A stretch of 64,000 nucleotides of DNA from Vitrella brassicaformis CCMP3155 (lineage: Eukaryota; Protista; Chromerida). The DNA lies in contig CDMY01001045.1 of assembly GCA_001179505.1 (NCBI GenBank), forward strand, positions 1-64,000, in the 5' to 3' direction. Made by a program: the position numbers and the translations under genes. Positions within the stretch are counted from its first letter, which is position 1. The number at the start of each line of letters is the position of its first letter. Under the pieces are notes generated by a model. That model worked only from the letters and a program-made list of their open reading frames with translations, did no database searches and had not been told where the DNA came from. Positions 50,125 to 62,378 of this stretch are shown one piece after another.

Positions 50125-51993
50125 CTGATCAGCGGGACGGCGGTTGGAGGGGGAGTAGTGAGAGGAGTGCGTGTAAGATCTGATGAATGGAGAGACCGAA
50201 GGATGGACCGAGACAGACAGACAGACAGGTGAGGCACCGGTGGATGGGCGTGGTTTTGAGGTGACATTAATTAGCTGTGGTTGTTACTTTATTACAAGGG
50301 TGGGCGGGCGGGCGGGCACTCACTGCACATATGCGTGAATACACATGATGGCTGGCCGCCTAGGCCTACTGGTTCTTTCCTCAATTGTTTTTCATCCTCT
50401 CGTCCTTCATCTGGCTGTCATCACGATTCTCATCCGACAGTCTGTTCGTTTGTGTGTATGTCAGTCATTTCTGGCCTCTGCCTCTCTCCCTAGCTGCGTT
50501 GCTGCCGGCCTGCCTGCGACTGATGAATGAATGAGGCAGTCAGGCAAGCAACCAGACAGACAGGCGGACTGGGCTCGGCTGTATACCCCTGCAACCATAC
50601 CATCCGTGTGAGCATCTTTGCACGGAGGCTGTGTGTCTGGCCAGTGCGATGTAATATGTACGGTTTTGTGTGACGTGCGTGTGCATGCCATGCGTGTGTG
50701 CGAGTAGGTCAGTCACGTGACTCCTGCATGCCGTGCAGTGCAGATCAGATCCTTAAGGTGGGTGAGTGACATGATGTCTGGATGCGATAGATGCGAGGTA
50801 GGTAGGTATCTGTGTGTGTATGTGTGTGTGTGTGCCCGTCCGTGTACTGTAGACACACAGTTGAGACCCTAAACGATCTGCCGAATGCACTAACTAAATG
50901 ATGGCAGGCACCGATCGTACATACCAAGGTCTCACGAACACACAATGAAGCCTAAACCGCCCTCAATGAATGTTTTTCGACTGCACCGATCAGCTGTGTC
51001 AGTCACTGCACACCACACCCAATGCACCAACATACAGCCTCTCTCGCCAAGTAGAGCAGCTCAGGCGGCGGCCGACACATAGCACCTGCACACAGACAAG
51101 CTAGCGCCAGCAAGGCAGGAGCTTGCACACGAATCGGGGGCCAGCGCCGGAGTGGTCCTGTGTGTCCTTGCTCACATGGTGATGACTTGCTGCGAGCGAC
51201 ATTGCCACACCGATCGGGCGAGCCGTGGCAGGTCAGCCGATGATGAAAAGGGTTGTTCTCAGACGCCGAATGCTGCTGAGACGGACAACCAAAGGGTTAA
51301 ATGGTGAACATCGGCGCGTAGATGAAATGCTGCACATGACCTCCCAACCTGACACCACACACACGCACGAGCATAGAACGAACCATCCCAATTATGTGTG
51401 CTTGTGTGCGGCCGTCCCTTCCCCTTACCTTGTGGCGTGGCGTCTACTGCGTCATGCATGCCCTTGAGAGATGAGCGCACGTGCGCCAAAAACTGACAGC
51501 AAATGAGGGAGTCAAAATGAGGGAATGTTCGTTCTCACGTCCACGGCGCACTGATTGCTTGGCCTTTAGAGGTCGGCATGCATCGCTGTCGTGTCGGCAC
51601 ACACATCCCTATATATCCATTGCAGACAGTCCGAAACGCAACCGCCCACAGACAAGTCTTGTCAGCACGTGCAGCCAGCCACAAAACACCCACCAAACAT
51701 GTGTGTGACGCCGCCCGCACCACCCGCACCACCCGCCCGCGCAACAGCCAGGGAGAGAGGTAAGCACACGAACGAACAATCCTCACAGATAGATGTCTGG
51801 CTGGACTGATGTGGACAAAATGCACGCACACACACATACATATGTACAGAGACATACACACATCATTCGCGCCGCGCCCCCCTCTACCAGCCTCCCTACC
51901 TTCCTCTCTACTCAGCTAACTAGGCAGCCTATATCACGGTGGGTGGGAGGGTGGCCGTTCCCTCCCGCCCTCCCGCCAGCTGATTTGATTCAG

Positions 51994-53877
51994 TCAGTAC
52001 ATGGTGGGCCTGTCTGACATCTCCTCCCCTTCATCTTCGTCAGGCTGGTGGATGTAGCCCTTCATCTTGCGAGGCGGCGGGAGGCACACCATCCACCAGG
52101 CTGCCAGCATCGACAGCAGCTGCACACACACCACACACGCATATCGACTGACTGATGGATCGATGGATGGATGGATGGATGGATGGACGTGTGACAGCTC
52201 ACCAGTGGAATGGAGAAGCCTAGCAGCAGCCCCGTCAAGAGCGCCCCATGAGCCGCAAAACGCTGCACCACACACATCCATCCATCCATCCACATGTGCA
52301 CACGTGTGCAGACAAGAGAGAGGCGCGCATCGGTTGCCGTGAGGTGACCTCGGCGAGTTGGTGGTAGCAGGCCCTCCGTGGCACCTCCCTGTTGGCTCGG
52401 TTGACCTCCACCCCGTCCTCATTCGGATAACCAAACACAGGAGCACCGTCCAAACAGAACCCTGCACACATACATACATACAACCATCTAATGGTCACTT
52501 TCTTGTGGCGGGCGGTTTGGTGCCTGTCCTGCCCTCGGCTCACCTGCGCAGTGGTATTTCTTCTCGGCCAGCTGGTAGAGCGCCTGGAAGTTGATGCCCC
52601 AGACCTGATGGCCGTTCGCGTCGGTCGAAAAGTCCCCGCACTCCTGCACACAGCCAACATGCAAAACATTAAGAGAGAGAGAGAGAGAGAGAGGGNNNNN
52701 NNNNNNNNNNNNNNNNNNNNNNNNNNNNNNNNNNNNNNNNNNNNNNNNNNNNNNNNNNNNNNNNNNNNNNNNNNNNNNNNNNNNNNNNNNNNNNNNNNNN
52801 NNNNNNNNNNNNNNNNNNNNNNNNNNNNNNNNNNNNNNNNNNNNNNNNNNNNNNNNNNNNNNNNNNNNNNNNNNNNNNNNNNNNNNNNNNNNNNNNNNNN
52901 NNNNNNNNNNNNNNNNNNNNNNNNNNNNNNNNNNNNNNNNNNNNNNNNNNNNNNNNNNNNNNNNNNNNNNNNNNNNNNNNNNNNNNNNNNNNNNNGGGGG
53001 GGGGGGTGGGGAAGGTGCGTGAAGTCCCTCCCTACGCACCTGCAGCGAGTTGGCGTCAGGGAGCTTTGTTCTGCATATGGTGAGGGCCTCCCACAGCTTG
53101 TCGTACGTAGTCTGAAGCCTCTTCGGCAGTTTCTCTGCATTCATTGCATCCACACGACAGACACAGACAGACAACACACAACCACCAGCTACCTAGCCAT
53201 TCGGCACCACCCGGCCACTTGGTGTGCCCTCGCTTCTTGTCTCTTCCCTCCCTGAAGACCTTGGAGCTCTCCCGTCGTCTCGTCGATAGCACAGGCGCGC
53301 TCGATCTTGTAGCCGTCATTCATGACGAGCAGCAGCAAACCCACCCCCAGGGCAAGCACCGCCACCCACACAAACAGAGTCACGAAGGCAAAGATGGCCA
53401 ACAGCATCCTGCACACAACCGACAACAGCCGACAGGTGAGGTGTGCAGGGCTGGCCATCTGTCCTGTCTGTCTGTCTGTCTGTCTGTCAGTGTGTCCGAT
53501 CTCTCGCACTCACGCACTTTGAGTCGCAGACCGCTCCGATGAAGCCGAGAAAGCCCGACACCGCCATGATGGCTCCCATGACAAAGAGCCTACCACACGC
53601 AGCCCAGACAACGCGCATGCACATGCACATGCATCAATCACATCGGTTCAGTTGGATGTACGCCTCCCTCCCTCCCCATGTGCGCGTGTGTCTGCCTGTC
53701 TGTCTGGCTGTCTGCCCGCGGTTGGTTCGGCTCACTCACTCACCCGACGGGTATGCGCTCGTCAATGTCGCTGATGAGCTCGTCCCGCTGGGCGTAGTGA
53801 CCAAAGTAGATGACAGATCCACCGAGCACCACCATCAGGATGCCGCCAAAAGAGACGAAGAACCCCTGACGCTTCAT
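51994..53877 (-). CDS. Tetraspanin-like four-TM protein (spans a gap)
   Basis: TM1 FFVSFGGILMVVLGGSVI, TM2 LVMGAIMAVSGFLGFIGAVCDSK (typical GFLG..GA), TM3 LLAIFAFVTLFVWVAVLALGV, a Cys-containing large loop, and TM4 ALLTGLLLGFSIPL|LLSMLAAWWMV. No CCG motif seen. Confidence 0.55.
52696..52995. other. Assembly gap (300 N)
   Basis: Run of N flanked by GA and poly-G. Confidence 1.
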
Positions 53878-53992
53878 ATCGGCTAAAGTCAATGGCAAGA
53901 GGCTCCTCGTCTATGTCCTGACGGTTGAGGCTCAGGGTTTCCCTGAACCCTAAAACCCAAACCCTACTAATCTCTGGATCTGCCGCGGAGAG

Positions 53993-54439
53993 ATGAGGAT
54001 CCTGCAGCTTTTGAAACCTCCCGCTTCGCTGCCCCTCCTCTTTGAAGCGTCGATGCGCCTGTCAAGCCCTGCACTCATGCCGAAGTCTACGCCATCAATG
54101 CAGCTGCCAGCACCTACAAGCTGCCCAGCGGCCATCAGAAGGCCGCCATCTGGCGGACACACAAGCGCCCCTGCAACTGCTACAACCGACGAGAGCGTCC
54201 GAGGCGAATCAGGCGAGTCGTCTGTAGTGCCGCTGGATGTGCGTCGCAACCGGGGCGGCAAGATGAAGAACAAACTGCGCAGGATGGAGAGGCGGAGAAG
54301 GAAGCAGCAGATGGAGCAGCTGAGGAAGGACAAGAAGGAGGACTTCGTGCCGGAGATCTACCTCGTGGACAAGGGCAAGAAGCCAGAGAAGATCCCGCCA
54401 ACGGGCTACGTGCTGCCAAGGGGGCTGCGCTTCAGCTGA
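53993..54439 (+). CDS. Hypothetical single-exon basic protein (148 aa)
   Basis: ATG-initiated ORF with strong GC3 bias in its 3' half and a K/R-rich helix (RRNRGGKMKNKLRRMERRRRK). It is head-to-head with the tetraspanin-like gene. Confidence 0.55.
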   Translation: MRILQLLKPPASLPLLFEASMRLSSPALMPKSTPSMQLPAPTSCPAAIRRPPSGGHTSAPATATTDESVRGESGESSVVPLDVRRNRGGKMKNKLRRMERRRRKQQMEQLRKDKKEDFVPEIYLVDKGKKPEKIPPTGYVLPRGLRFS

Positions 54440-54802
54440 TAATAGTAGTAGCTATGGTGGTGATGATGACAGGGGCACGGCGGTGATTCTCTGCTTTGAG
54501 ATGAGATGATGAGTGTTTCCACTGTTTTTCCGTCTGCGTCGCGAATGGCGTGGCAGATTGCTTCAATCGGAGAAAGGCCGACTGTGTGTCTGTATTAGCT
54601 ATCGTGTTGCGAGTGTCGCTGTGACCGACTGATATGCTTCCGTGCGTCTGTACCGGCCTCTCTACACACCCATTAATCGTTCACAACACACTGTGATGAA
54701 TGCCAGAATCGCCCTGCCTGTCTTGCTGCAGCTAAAGATGCAGTGTCATTATCAAAGAGCACAAGTGACACGGCGAAATAGTCACTTGGATGTGCCTGCT
54801 GC

Positions 54803-57565
54803 TCATTCAGACCCGCCAAAGAGCACCGCACCATCCATTCCTACATCTGCCGCACACGTCCATTCATTCCACCCACTGCATCCACCTTCTTTGCAGACAC
54901 TTGCAAAAGGCGCAGTGAGGTCGACTCTGTAAGCAAAACTGACTGAGCGCCACGAGGTTGAGGCAAAGGTAAAGGCATGCACATTCTTGAGAAGCGCACA
55001 CGCATGCATCAAGGCGACACCGGCAACCAATTGGATGCTCACATGTCCGCTGCTCTCTCTTCCCTCCCTCCCTCCTTCCCTCCCGCCCGTTATAGCAGAG
55101 AAAATTGAACTCAAAGCTGGATGGCCGAAGAACAGCCCGACACAATAAATCCACACATAACCGTTGCAAATTATGAAAAGGTACACGCATACAGGCACAC
55201 ACGTACAGAGAGAAGCGTACGCGTGCAAATACATGGATAGGTCAGTTCTCCCTCCCTCCCTCCCTCCTCGTTGTCCGCTTCTTGACCATCATCAGTGCCG
55301 CTCGCTTCTTGGTCGCCGATATGCCGTGTGTGGAGAGAGCCACAGGTATGTATCTTCAGCAGCAGCTGATGGATAAATGGATGGATGGATGTGCTACGTA
55401 CGCTGGCGTCTTGGTGTGTGCAGACAGACACCCTGGAAGACCTCCACACACAAACATCATGAGGGCGGGCAGTGGATGCATTGCTCTGTCTTGTCCCAAT
55501 CCATCCACATGCAGAGCACGGTGGTCGACGCGCTCTATTTATGTATTTTTTCAGTCATTCCCCTCATTTGTTCCCTGCACGTACGCACGTGTCTCCAGCT
55601 TAGGACCCCATCTGCGTGTCTGCCTGTCTATCTGTCTGCCTGTCTCTGTTTGCATTCAAATCCTCTCTCTCTCTGCTGGGGTTGATCGGTCAGCCAAGGG
55701 CCATAGGTGGGAACTCCTCCACCAGAGTGTATGGACGCTGCAACATAGACATGTATGCCCATCGGGAGATACGGATGCCCATCCGTGCTCAACACACTCC
55801 CTCACCGTATCTCCCAGCCGCCGCACACCATTGGGCGCCAGAAGGCAGTCAGAGGGATTCTCAGGCAGGCTGAGCTTCAGCAGACTGAGCGATGGATGAG
55901 TGCCCGCCCGCCCTAGGAAGGTCTGAAACCGTTTCTTGTTTGCACTCGTCATGAGCACAATTCCTGCTGACTAAGTTTGTACACTCATTCACAGATAGAA
56001 TGTCAGATGAATAAGTCTCGGGCTGCAGCCCCATCGCTCACCTGTATGAGACACATGACTTGGTGGGCTCCGCTGCCTGGCGGGAAGCTGGAGTGCAGGG
56101 TCGCGGTTGTGGAGAGGTGAGGGAGCAAACGGGCCTGGGCGTTGATCGGGCCGCCTGAAATTCTTTCCCTTTTCGCCATGCAATCCCGAGTCATCTGTTG
56201 CAGCTGGGGCCAGGCCTGGAGCAGCTCGAAATAGAGGAGTCATTCGACCTCTCGCATTTCTTCTCCTGCGCTCTTCCATTGCTGCGTCGTGCGATAAAGC
56301 ATCTCGTCAATGCGCAAAGGCTCAAACTCGGCGGCAATCATGTCTCGGAAAGCGTTGTAGTCATCGAGACTTAGCATGTCTGCCTCTTCCTCGAGGAGCG
56401 CTTCGTGGAACCGCAGAAGGAGCCCTTTTTCGGCGAACAGAGAGAGATCCGCCTGGCCAAAAAGGAAGCTTGTCATTTGTGTGCACTCGTCCACGTAGAT
56501 GTCAGCGGGGTCGTATCGGAAGCCCCACGATTGGTAGTAGAAACCTAACATTGAACACACATCGAAGACACATCACACAAACAAGACCATGCCATTGACC
56601 ACACACACATATGTCCTCTGGGTCTAGAAGCGTACTTGCTCGTGTGAGAATATAGACCTCTTTGATGCTGCTCGTGTCGACCACGGAGACTTGTGTGCAA
56701 CCCCAGTGGCTGCCGTATGTGTCCAACCATGACAGCATAGAGACTGCACCATTGGCAATCAACACCTTCTGACTTGTGAGGGTTTTCATGCAATGTAAAA
56801 GTATCGGGGCCGTGTGTGACTGACCGACGAGTGTGTTGCCGCTGACACCATCGGCCTTTTCCACTCTGCGACAGACAGACAGACAGACAGACCCGTGTGG
56901 CCAAGTGCGCAAACGCGTAGTCCCATTCTCTGCGCACACGCGCAGTACCCTTCCAGGTAGCAGGAGTCCTTGGCGACCACACTGTACTCCAACAGGCAGT
57001 ACCCCGGCGGCCTCACGTCGATTCCGTCAACCTTTTGCAGTGAGACCTGCGCGCTTCCAGTCGACCTTTTGCCCACCCGAAGCACCAGATCTAGTTTGTT
57101 CCTCCCCTTGAGGCCTGTCTGCAGCCGTTGGCGGAACCTCTTGTCAACATCCACAGAGCAACTGCTTGTGGAGTGCACCCAATCAGATCTCTATGGTTTG
57201 ATGAGACGCTTCACTGCATCGTGTGTGTCTCCCACCTGATATCGATTGGTTCCGCAGGAACACTGAGGGGCGGCTGGGTGCAGCTGACTTCCTTTTTGAC
57301 ACGGGATGACAAGACGCCCCCGTGTTGAACTTGAAGTACCTGGCAGAAAAGGATCAAGGCTGCCCACGAGAACCAGTGGGCACGAGAACGAATCGTCAGA
57401 TCCATGGATCGAAACGGGGCAATCAAATCTTCTGGAGCTCGAGCGGGGGAGAGAAAACTGAAGGAACCGATTGAGGATGGGGGCGCAAGCTGTGGCCCCC
57501 ATTGCACGCTGCATGCATTGGATCGATGCGCAGAATGGTGAGCTGAAAACGCTCCCGTCACGCAT
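54803..57565 (-). CDS. Hypothetical multi-exon protein; boundaries uncertain
   Basis: Several GT/AG-bounded coding-like exons, e.g. ~56250-56535 (FYYQSWGFRYDPADIYVDE...GEEMRE), ~56610-56830 and ~56900-57160. No family recognised. Confidence 0.45.
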
Positions 57566-57645
57566 GAGGTCATGGATGCTTCTTGTTACTTGTGCTTCAC
57601 ACCTGATGCTTGCAGCCCTAAGGAGCAGCCGGTCATTAACCGTCG

Positions 57646-58328
57646 ATGCAGCCGGCCTCCCTGCCCTACCAGCACATCACGTTCGAAGTGTTTGGAAGAG
57701 TTCAGGGTGTAGGACACCTCGAGAGCATCCCATCCCTGCCTGCAGGGATGCGGAAATGTCATATATTTGTGTTCATCTGTCGCGTGTTTTGTTGTCAATA
57801 TCTATCAGGTTTTCTTCAGGTCAGTCAACCTGATGCTACACGGAAGGTAGGTCTAGAGTATGCCGAGTGGATGTACGTATCTCTTCAGGAAGCACACACA
57901 GCGGCGAGCCGCGGAGTTGGGATTGGTGGGGTGGGTGCGGAACGCCGAGCACGGCTCCGTCCAGGGAGAGGCACAGGGCGCCAGGGATGCCATTGAGGCC
58001 ATGAAGATCTGGCTGCGAACCAGTAAGTCCGTATGCCCCATTCACTCATTTTTGCACGCTTCCTGGAACCAGACCCCGGCTTCATTCACTCGGTCTTCCT
58101 CTCCGTGTGTGGCGTGTGCTGGCTGCAGAGGGCAGCCCGAAGAGCAGGATCGACCGATGTGACATCATCGACATGCCACCCACACAGCAACTCTCATTCG
58201 ACGCGTTCGAGGTAATTAAGAGCGCACGGGGCAGGCAGGTGAGTGAGGGGATGCATACTGCGTATGTGGGTGTGTATGTGTGTGTGTGTGTGTGTGCCTC
58301 TCTCGTGACGCTGCAGGTGGTCAAGTGA
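57646..58328 (+). CDS. ACYP: Acylphosphatase (5 exons including an 11-nt microexon)
   Basis: Spliced product HITFEVFGRVQG|VFFR|KHTQRRAAELGLVGWVRNAEHGSVQGEAQG...WLRT|QGSPKSRIDRC...FDAFE|VVK*. Confidence 0.93.
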
Positions 58329-58883
58329 GGACTACCGAATTCATGCTGGCTGGTGCGAGCATGCCATGGCTTTGGTGCCGCTCGCACCGCACACATCTGT
58401 GTGTGTGAGTGTGTGTGTTGAGGCGTTCGTTGTGTACATACAATACATTAAGTACTGCGTTCATTCTTGGACACAGTGAGTGCAGTGAGCGACTCACTCG
58501 ATCGGTCGATGTGATGTGCGGCTATGACTGACTGAATGAATCACTCACCGCCAGGCCAGTGGGTATTATGGTATTTATTTCCATCTGTCCGTCTGTCCGT
58601 CTGTCCGTCTGTCTGCCTATCGCGCTCAGACAGGCCACATCAGAACCAAACACACACACACACACCCTCACGCACACACACATATAGATAGCAGTCTCTC
58701 TCTTTCGCCCGCTGACCACTTAGTTGACAAGGGAAATCCCACACACACATCCAACCCAAATCCACTCCAGTTCACGCCACGGACACGCGCCACAATGAAT
58801 GCAACAAGATGAAGTCAGTTTATCTGTGAAGGACGACGACACAAAGCTGAAAGTAATAAAGAGGTGAGGTGTCGGTCAGCTGA

Positions 58884-61722
58884 TCAGTCAACATCCATCA
58901 CTGTGTGGCGGTGGCTGCTGTGTCTGTAGGCGGCGGCCCGGTGAGGCCCAGGGCCTGCCGCTGCATCTCCTCCTCCGTTTCCCTGAGTGATTGCACAGAC
59001 AGACACATGTGTGTGAGGTAACGAGAGAGGGAGGAGAAGGGATATACAAGGCGCACATCCAATCAAACACACACGAGGAAGGGAGGCAGTGAGCTTGGCA
59101 CATGCCATGCATGTGTCATCCATCTCTTGCTTGGCGTGTGTGTACGCATCCAGCCCTCCATCCATACATCCGCCCATGCACCGCACCCACTTGCATTGGT
59201 TGAGTCTGATTCTGTATGTCTCAATGATGTCGCGGTACTGCTCCAACGCCTCCAGGAAGTCGTCCATCGTGAAACCCTGCAAAGCAAAGCGGGCATGGCA
59301 TCCACAACAGAACAGAACGAGACTTGTGTTGGATGCCCGCCGAAAACAGACAATATGCATGCAGAGTGGGTGCGCAACTGCCTGCCTGTCTGTCTGTCTG
59401 TCTGTCTGTGGAGATGTCTCCCTCTCTCCTCCACACTTGATCTATTCGTCGCTTACCTGGGCGATATACTGGTGCACGAACGCCTTGTGGTAGAAGAGCT
59501 TCAGGAACTTGCGGTACTGACGGATGAACAGATTCCGCACCGCCGTCGAGTTGCTCAACAAAGCCGCCTGATGCACACCACAACAACAAGAAAACCAACA
59601 ACAACAACAACGACAACAAACACGACACACCATGTCTACTGCTCTGCCGTAGCTGGGCTCACTGCGCCCACTGACGGACCTGCCTCTTGGTCTTGACAAA
59701 AGGCGAGTTGGGCGTGGTCACTGGCGGCACCCCCACAATGCCGACCTTGAAGCCGAGATTCTTGATCCACGGACAGAACCTGACACACACACACGTATGC
59801 ATACATACAGAGAGGAGGAGTGGAAGGATGATGATGTTGTACTTGGGAATATGTGCCCTCGAGGTCGGGTTCTTCAGACGGCGAATGGCGTCGTAGACCT
59901 CACATGCCTGCAGGCGACCACCCACTCGTCCAGCTGACCTCTCCTCGCTCCAGCCTCACCAACGCTGACTAACCCGCACCCACACCACACCCACAAGTAC
60001 CTGGACGGGCACGGCGCCGTACCCCGTGTCTCCTTCTCCCCTGAAGACCACACATGCGGCCTCAAAGCGGTTCTGCAAAAAGTGGGGACCGGCGTCGCAG
60101 AGGAGGTTCTTGGACTCGAACAGCTCCTTGGTGATCTCGTAAGGCGAGAAATTCTACGACACACCATACATGAGACACACAAGCGAGAGACACACAAGGC
60201 ACGAGGGAAGCTTGGATGTCTCCTTTCTGTATTCAACCCACCCACCCGTCCACCCACCTCGTGTCCAGCAGATTTTTTGGAGCGCACTGGGGCGAGCGAG
60301 ACAATCGGATACCTGGTGAATCGGATGCGATCTCGATTGAATCCACGGCCGCCCCCTCACTGCACTTCTGCCTGGACTGACCTGAATTGGGGCTCTGGAA
60401 TGATATTGGTGCATATTTCGTCGAGTGTGGAGTTGAGCTCGACGTCATACCTAAGTCGACAGAGCATTTATATGGTTGGTTCGCCTTGGTGGAGGGAGGG
60501 AGGGAAGGAGGGAGGGAGGGAGGGACCTACCCACCTTAGCGACAGTGTGGATGCCGAGACCACCTGCGCCAGCACCGCGTTGAGATCCTCAAACGTCGGA
60601 TTCGAGACCTTCATCTTGTGCCTGACGTGGCACACAGAGACACGCATTACAGAGACTCATACAGGAGCCGACACGTTGTCTGACTGTCATTGTTGCTGCT
60701 TTGGCTGGCTGACCTGCACATGTTGTATGCGGCCTGGTTGTCGAGCATATAGGAGAGGTCAGCGAGGTGGCGGGACAGCGCTCCGGAGAAGACGCAGTTG
60801 TAGGGCTCGACCGTGGTGGTGCCGTGCTCTGCCGATGGGTAGATGACGACCTCGAATATCTTCTTGTAAGACTCCACGCAGAAGGCGTCACCCAGTTCCT
60901 CGAGCGCGTCGACACCCACCCCGCCGCCGGTCCCCCCGCCCCAGGAACGAAACACGAAGAACCCCTGGAAGTTGTCGCACAGGTCGACCGCCAACCGGAC
61001 TCTGTCCATCAGCAGCGGCACCTGCTTGCACTGCCGACCCATCTGCTGCCCTGCACACACACACCACGCAGACATGCGCCATTGATTGATTGACAAGCGT
61101 CTCCTGCGACTCGCTGCGGCTGTTGCGTTGTGTCGTTATCGTTATCGTGTGATGTGTCTTGTGTCTCACGTACCCTGCACGAAGGTGCCTCCGCTGTCCT
61201 GCTTGAAGTTGACGAGTGACTCTGGGTGGAAGAGGTGCTTGAGCCGCGAGTTGCGCACCTCGTCTACTGCACTGGGGTCCAGGTCAAACATGACCGAGCG
61301 GGGGACGTACTGACCGCTGCCTGCAGTGTCACAGTGCAGCGCAGTGAGTGCAATCAACCGGTGTCCATCGAGACAGAAATCCCACATAGGTATCAGAAAA
61401 GCGTCTGGCTCCCTGTCTGTCTGCCTGTCTGTGTGCATGTCTGTCTGTCTGTCTGTCTGCGTGTCGTGCCTGTGTCGACCGGTTTCGTAGAAGAACGACT
61501 CGTGTGGCGCGTCAACGCCGGGCGGGAGGACAGACGACTGGAGCGCATGCCCGTCGCAACCTATCTGCGTTGCAAACGCGCGCACACCCATACATGCATG
61601 GAGGAAGTGTCAGGGATCTGCATATTCCGCACCTGGTGCTCAGCGCAGAAGAGTTCCCATACGTCATAGCCCACCTGCACGCCAGCCTGGCCCAGGTGCA
61701 CACAGATCACCTCCTTCACCAT
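58884..61722 (-). CDS. Highly divergent alpha-like tubulin
   Basis: Motifs in order: MVKEVICVHLGQAGVQVGYDVWELFCAEH, YVPRSVMFDLDP, LFHPESL, FQGFFVFRSWGGGTGGG, VEPYNC, MLDNQAAYNMC, LNAVLAQVVSASTLSLRYD, AACVVFRG, KFCPWIKNLGFKVGI, SNSTAV and KAFVHQY. All are collinear with alpha-tubulin. Confidence 0.88.
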
Positions 61723-61827
61723 AATGGGAATTCTCGCGCGAGACTGGGGGCGTGGGGGCTTTGATTTGATCATCCCCTCGGCTCTCTCCGAGTCGACTCT
61801 CGGAGTCATTCTTTCTGCAATAGGCGC

Positions 61828-62144
61828 GACTTGTGCGCTAAAGCTGCCCCTGTGGCCGGAAGGCTGGCATGTCCGCCTGTAGGGCCAGCCCTGCAGGTGG
61901 ATGTCCAGCCCTCCAGTCAGAAGACCAGCCCTGCAGTCAGAAGGCCAGCCTTGCACTCACAGGGCCAGCCGTGCAGACACACGGCTGGCCTCTGCGGGAC
62001 ATGTTAAGTGCATCTGGAGGGTGTTGACTCACTGCAAGGCTGGCCTTCTGACTGCAGGGCTGGCCTTCTGACTGGAGGGCTGGCCCCACGGGCAGATATG
62101 TCTGCCAGCCTTCCGGCCACAGGGGCAGCTTTGGTGCACAAGTC
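61828..62144. mobile_element. MITE/foldback-like inverted-repeat element with internal ~20-bp subrepeats
   Basis: The left end GACTTGTGCGCTAAAGCTGCCCCTGTGGCCGGAAGGCTGGCA matches the reverse complement of the right end with 2 mismatches. The arms continue inward with GGCCAGCCCTGCAGTCAGAA-type repeats mirrored on each side. No clear TSD. Confidence 0.65.
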
Positions 62145-62378
62145 CTTTGTATTGTGCATGCTGGATGATTTGTGCAGCCGATAGGAACGAGGTGCAGACT
62201 TCTTTTTTGCTTGCACAACGATACAAGGTACATACAACACAACATACGTACAACAATAAATCGTATCCTACACATACCCGACCCTCATGATTGATTGAGT
62301 GACTGATCCGTTAATTCTGCAGGACACTCTCATTGATGCGCTATGCTGTCACTCCCTTCCCTCAGTTTCGGTGGGCAC

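Noticed and set aside
50900-51900. Possible small minus-strand gene (splice-like signals near 51150-51480)
   Set aside because: The fragments are too short and ambiguous to support a call.
60030-60070. Apparent frameshift in the tubulin gene near AACVVFRG
   Set aside because: Re-reading the reverse complement (GCA TGT GTG GTC TTC AGG) shows the frame is continuous.
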